DNA of 64,000 nucleotides from assembly GCA_035250975.1 (NCBI GenBank), contig DATFEP010000025.1, positions 1 to 64,000 of the forward strand. Direction: 5' to 3'. Shown one piece after another: positions 62,215 through 64,000 of the stretch. Each line of letters opens with the position of its first letter. Within the stretch, counting starts at the first letter, position 1. This DNA comes from Nitrososphaeraceae archaeon (GTDB lineage Archaea; Thermoproteota; Nitrososphaeria; Nitrososphaerales; Nitrososphaeraceae). The translations under genes and the position numbers were made by a program. A model generated the notes under the pieces. That model was not told the DNA's origin. It worked only from the letters and a program-made list of their open reading frames with translations, and made no database searches.

Positions 62215-62630
62215 TACCTTTTATGATATATTTTGAAACCAAGAATATATTTTATCCCTGGAAAAGACATTTATCGATATTGAGTATGTAGAGTGCTATT
62301 GCCCTTGTGGCATAACAATTTTTATCTTCTATCAGAATTTTTTTCCTTGACAGTATCTTTAAGTTTGTTCTTCTTTCTTGTTATTATTCATTTTATTGTA
62401 ATGGTGACCTTGGATGCCTATCTATTTGGATTTAATAATTATTATTGTTTAACTATTCTATTATATGAAATGAATTGATGGTTTTAATTGTCAGAAAGTC
62501 TTTTATTCTATGGAAGTTTTTGTACTGTCGCTTAGAAAAATATTTTGATATTTGATATTATTGTGAATTGTGCTACGCTTTATTTTTCTTGTTTCCTTAA
62601 ATAACTATAGCCTTAAGGAATAATTTAATA

Positions 62631-63128
62631 TTGGAAAGGTGTGATTTAAAATGTCCTATCTTGCTTCGATCTTCGTCAAAACGCATAATAGTATTAGCAA
62701 CTCTTGTTATTCTTCTTGTAGTTGTAACCCTTGTAGTCATTGGCTTGATGTCAAGAGGTAACTATGTTCAATACAATCCTCTACAAACACCATACCCAAA
62801 TTCTCCATATCCTTTCCCTGTTCCTGCACCTTATCCTTATGGCTCGCCATTTCCAATCCCTTTTCCTCCTCCTATTCCATATGGAGGAGATGGTTTTGAT
62901 TTTGATTTTCCTAGGGAAGAAGAACATCCACTCACCCCAGAAGAGGACCTGCGTTCTTTTGATTCTCCATTCGAACGAGATGTTCCTTCATTTGGTGACC
63001 AATTTATCCCAGAAGAGGACCTGCGTTCTTTTGATTCTCCATTCGAACGAGACTTTCCGTCATTTGATGACCAGTCTCCACTTATCCCTGAAGATGACCT
63101 AAGATTCGCAGATGATCTCTATAGATAG
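62631..63128 (+). CDS. Single-TM protein with Pro/Tyr-rich linker and acidic 24-aa repeats
   Basis: TM helix; PYPNSPYPFPVPAPYPY; PEEDLRSFDSPFERD twice plus partial PEDDLRF. Confidence 0.65.
   Translation: MERCDLKCPILLRSSSKRIIVLATLVILLVVVTLVVIGLMSRGNYVQYNPLQTPYPNSPYPFPVPAPYPYGSPFPIPFPPPIPYGGDGFDFDFPREEEHPLTPEEDLRSFDSPFERDVPSFGDQFIPEEDLRSFDSPFERDFPSFDDQSPLIPEDDLRFADDLYR
62936..63052 (+). repeat. 45-nt identical direct repeat, 72-nt period (coding)
   Basis: cccagaagaggacctgcgttcttttgattctccattcgaacgaga at 62936-62980 and 63008-63052. Confidence 0.9.
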
Positions 63129-64000
63129 ATATTATTTATTAAACTGTCTTTTCTTTTTGGTTTTAAAATAGTCTGAGGCACAAATTTTTGACCTCAGTTT
63201 CGGCAACTGGTAATTACTTATACCGAAATATACTATTATTCACCATTTTATTAGATAGGGTTATTTATAGAATATTCAGTAAAAACCAAATTTTATAAAT
63301 GGAATAGAAATAATGATAAAATAATGTCAGGAATAAAAAAAGTACTCAATATCAAGGACATAATTATAATAATAATCTTGATTATTGTTGCAGCGATAAT
63401 AATAAAACTCTTCAGCTCGTTAATAATTATTTTAATTATTGCAATAGTTGGATATTTTATATATAAATGGTACATGCGTAATAGACTTAGGTAATTTATC
63501 TTAGATTTGTTATCACAAACAGACTTTATGAATCTCTTTAAAACAACTTTGAAGTTGTTTCCCTGTATTCTAACATCAAGAAAACTATTGGTTGTTGGAT
63601 ATATTAAGTTACTATATTAGTCAACATTGCGTCTTCGCTGTAAAAATGTAAAAAGCAAGTTTTCAAGCACCATCAAATCGCTGTATTCAAGAGAGTAAAT
63701 GGTTTTTGTTAATGTGTATAAAATTATATAATTTTTCTTCAAAATCATAAGAGAATCAATTGAGAAAAAATATATATATTAAGATATTACAATGAAAAGT
63801 AGTCAAGTTGGCAGCCTTTCGAGTCTACAAATTGGTTACATTATTAAACGAGATTCTATATTATATGTCTGTCGTTAGCGCAGCGGCTAAGTTGCGCCAA
63901 TATATCCCCACGTTATGCAATATATCGGCGAGTATTAAATACGAGTCGGTAGTACCCAAAACAGATAGTAAATATGATGACAAGCAATAATAACAGAAAG

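Noticed and set aside
1759-63102. Many antisense or alternative-frame ORFs in the track (e.g. 2442-2906, 8271-8645, 20716-21177, 38924-39409, 58031-58453, 62764-63102)
   Set aside because: They overlap well-supported genes and have shadow-ORF composition without motifs.
62936-63110. Mini-CRISPR
   Set aside because: The period is a multiple of 3 inside an ORF and the intervening segments resemble each other, so it is a coding repeat.
1-64000. CRISPR array, cas genes or rRNA
   Set aside because: No regularly spaced 24-47-nt repeats with unique spacers, no Cas motifs and no long GC-rich rRNA-like tract were seen.

Overview
AT-rich archaeal chromosome segment. Gene content (AOA-type copper nitrite reductase, Alba, Lsm, L7Ae/S28e/L24e/L37e, aIF5B, archease, BHB-intron tRNAs) points to an ammonia-oxidising archaeon of the Nitrososphaerota; a Nitrososphaeraceae/Ca. 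Nitrosocosmicus-like genome is my inference. Positions ~275-11300 form an accessory island downstream of tRNA-Ala(CGC). It contains several degenerate copies of the tRNA 3' end (att-like scars at ~275-324, ~2154, ~7393, ~9441), an unsplit SSV1-like tyrosine integrase with an N-terminal RHH-like domain, a divergent AbrB-type regulator, three short-motif repeat arrays and two HTH proteins. Its cargo is a CBS protein, thioredoxin reductase, a His-ringed beta-propeller, an IS6-truncated sulfide:quinone oxidoreductase-like gene and a eukaryote-like Png1/NGLY1 peptide:N-glycanase. The rest is mostly core genome: nirK fused to a cupredoxin, rpiA, purU, glmM-like mutase, ribosomal/ndk/infB cluster, hflX, hisS, sdhACDB, argH, a sugar-modification cluster, ilvE, alba, htrA and pspA/pspAA/pspAB. 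It also holds a two-intron tRNA-Leu(TAG), a tRNA-Gln(TTG) with a 10/11 intron, one near-intact IS with TIRs and TSD, IS remnants and several micro-ORFs missed by the track. No CRISPR array or rRNA was seen. All calls rest on motif recognition by eye; no searches were run.
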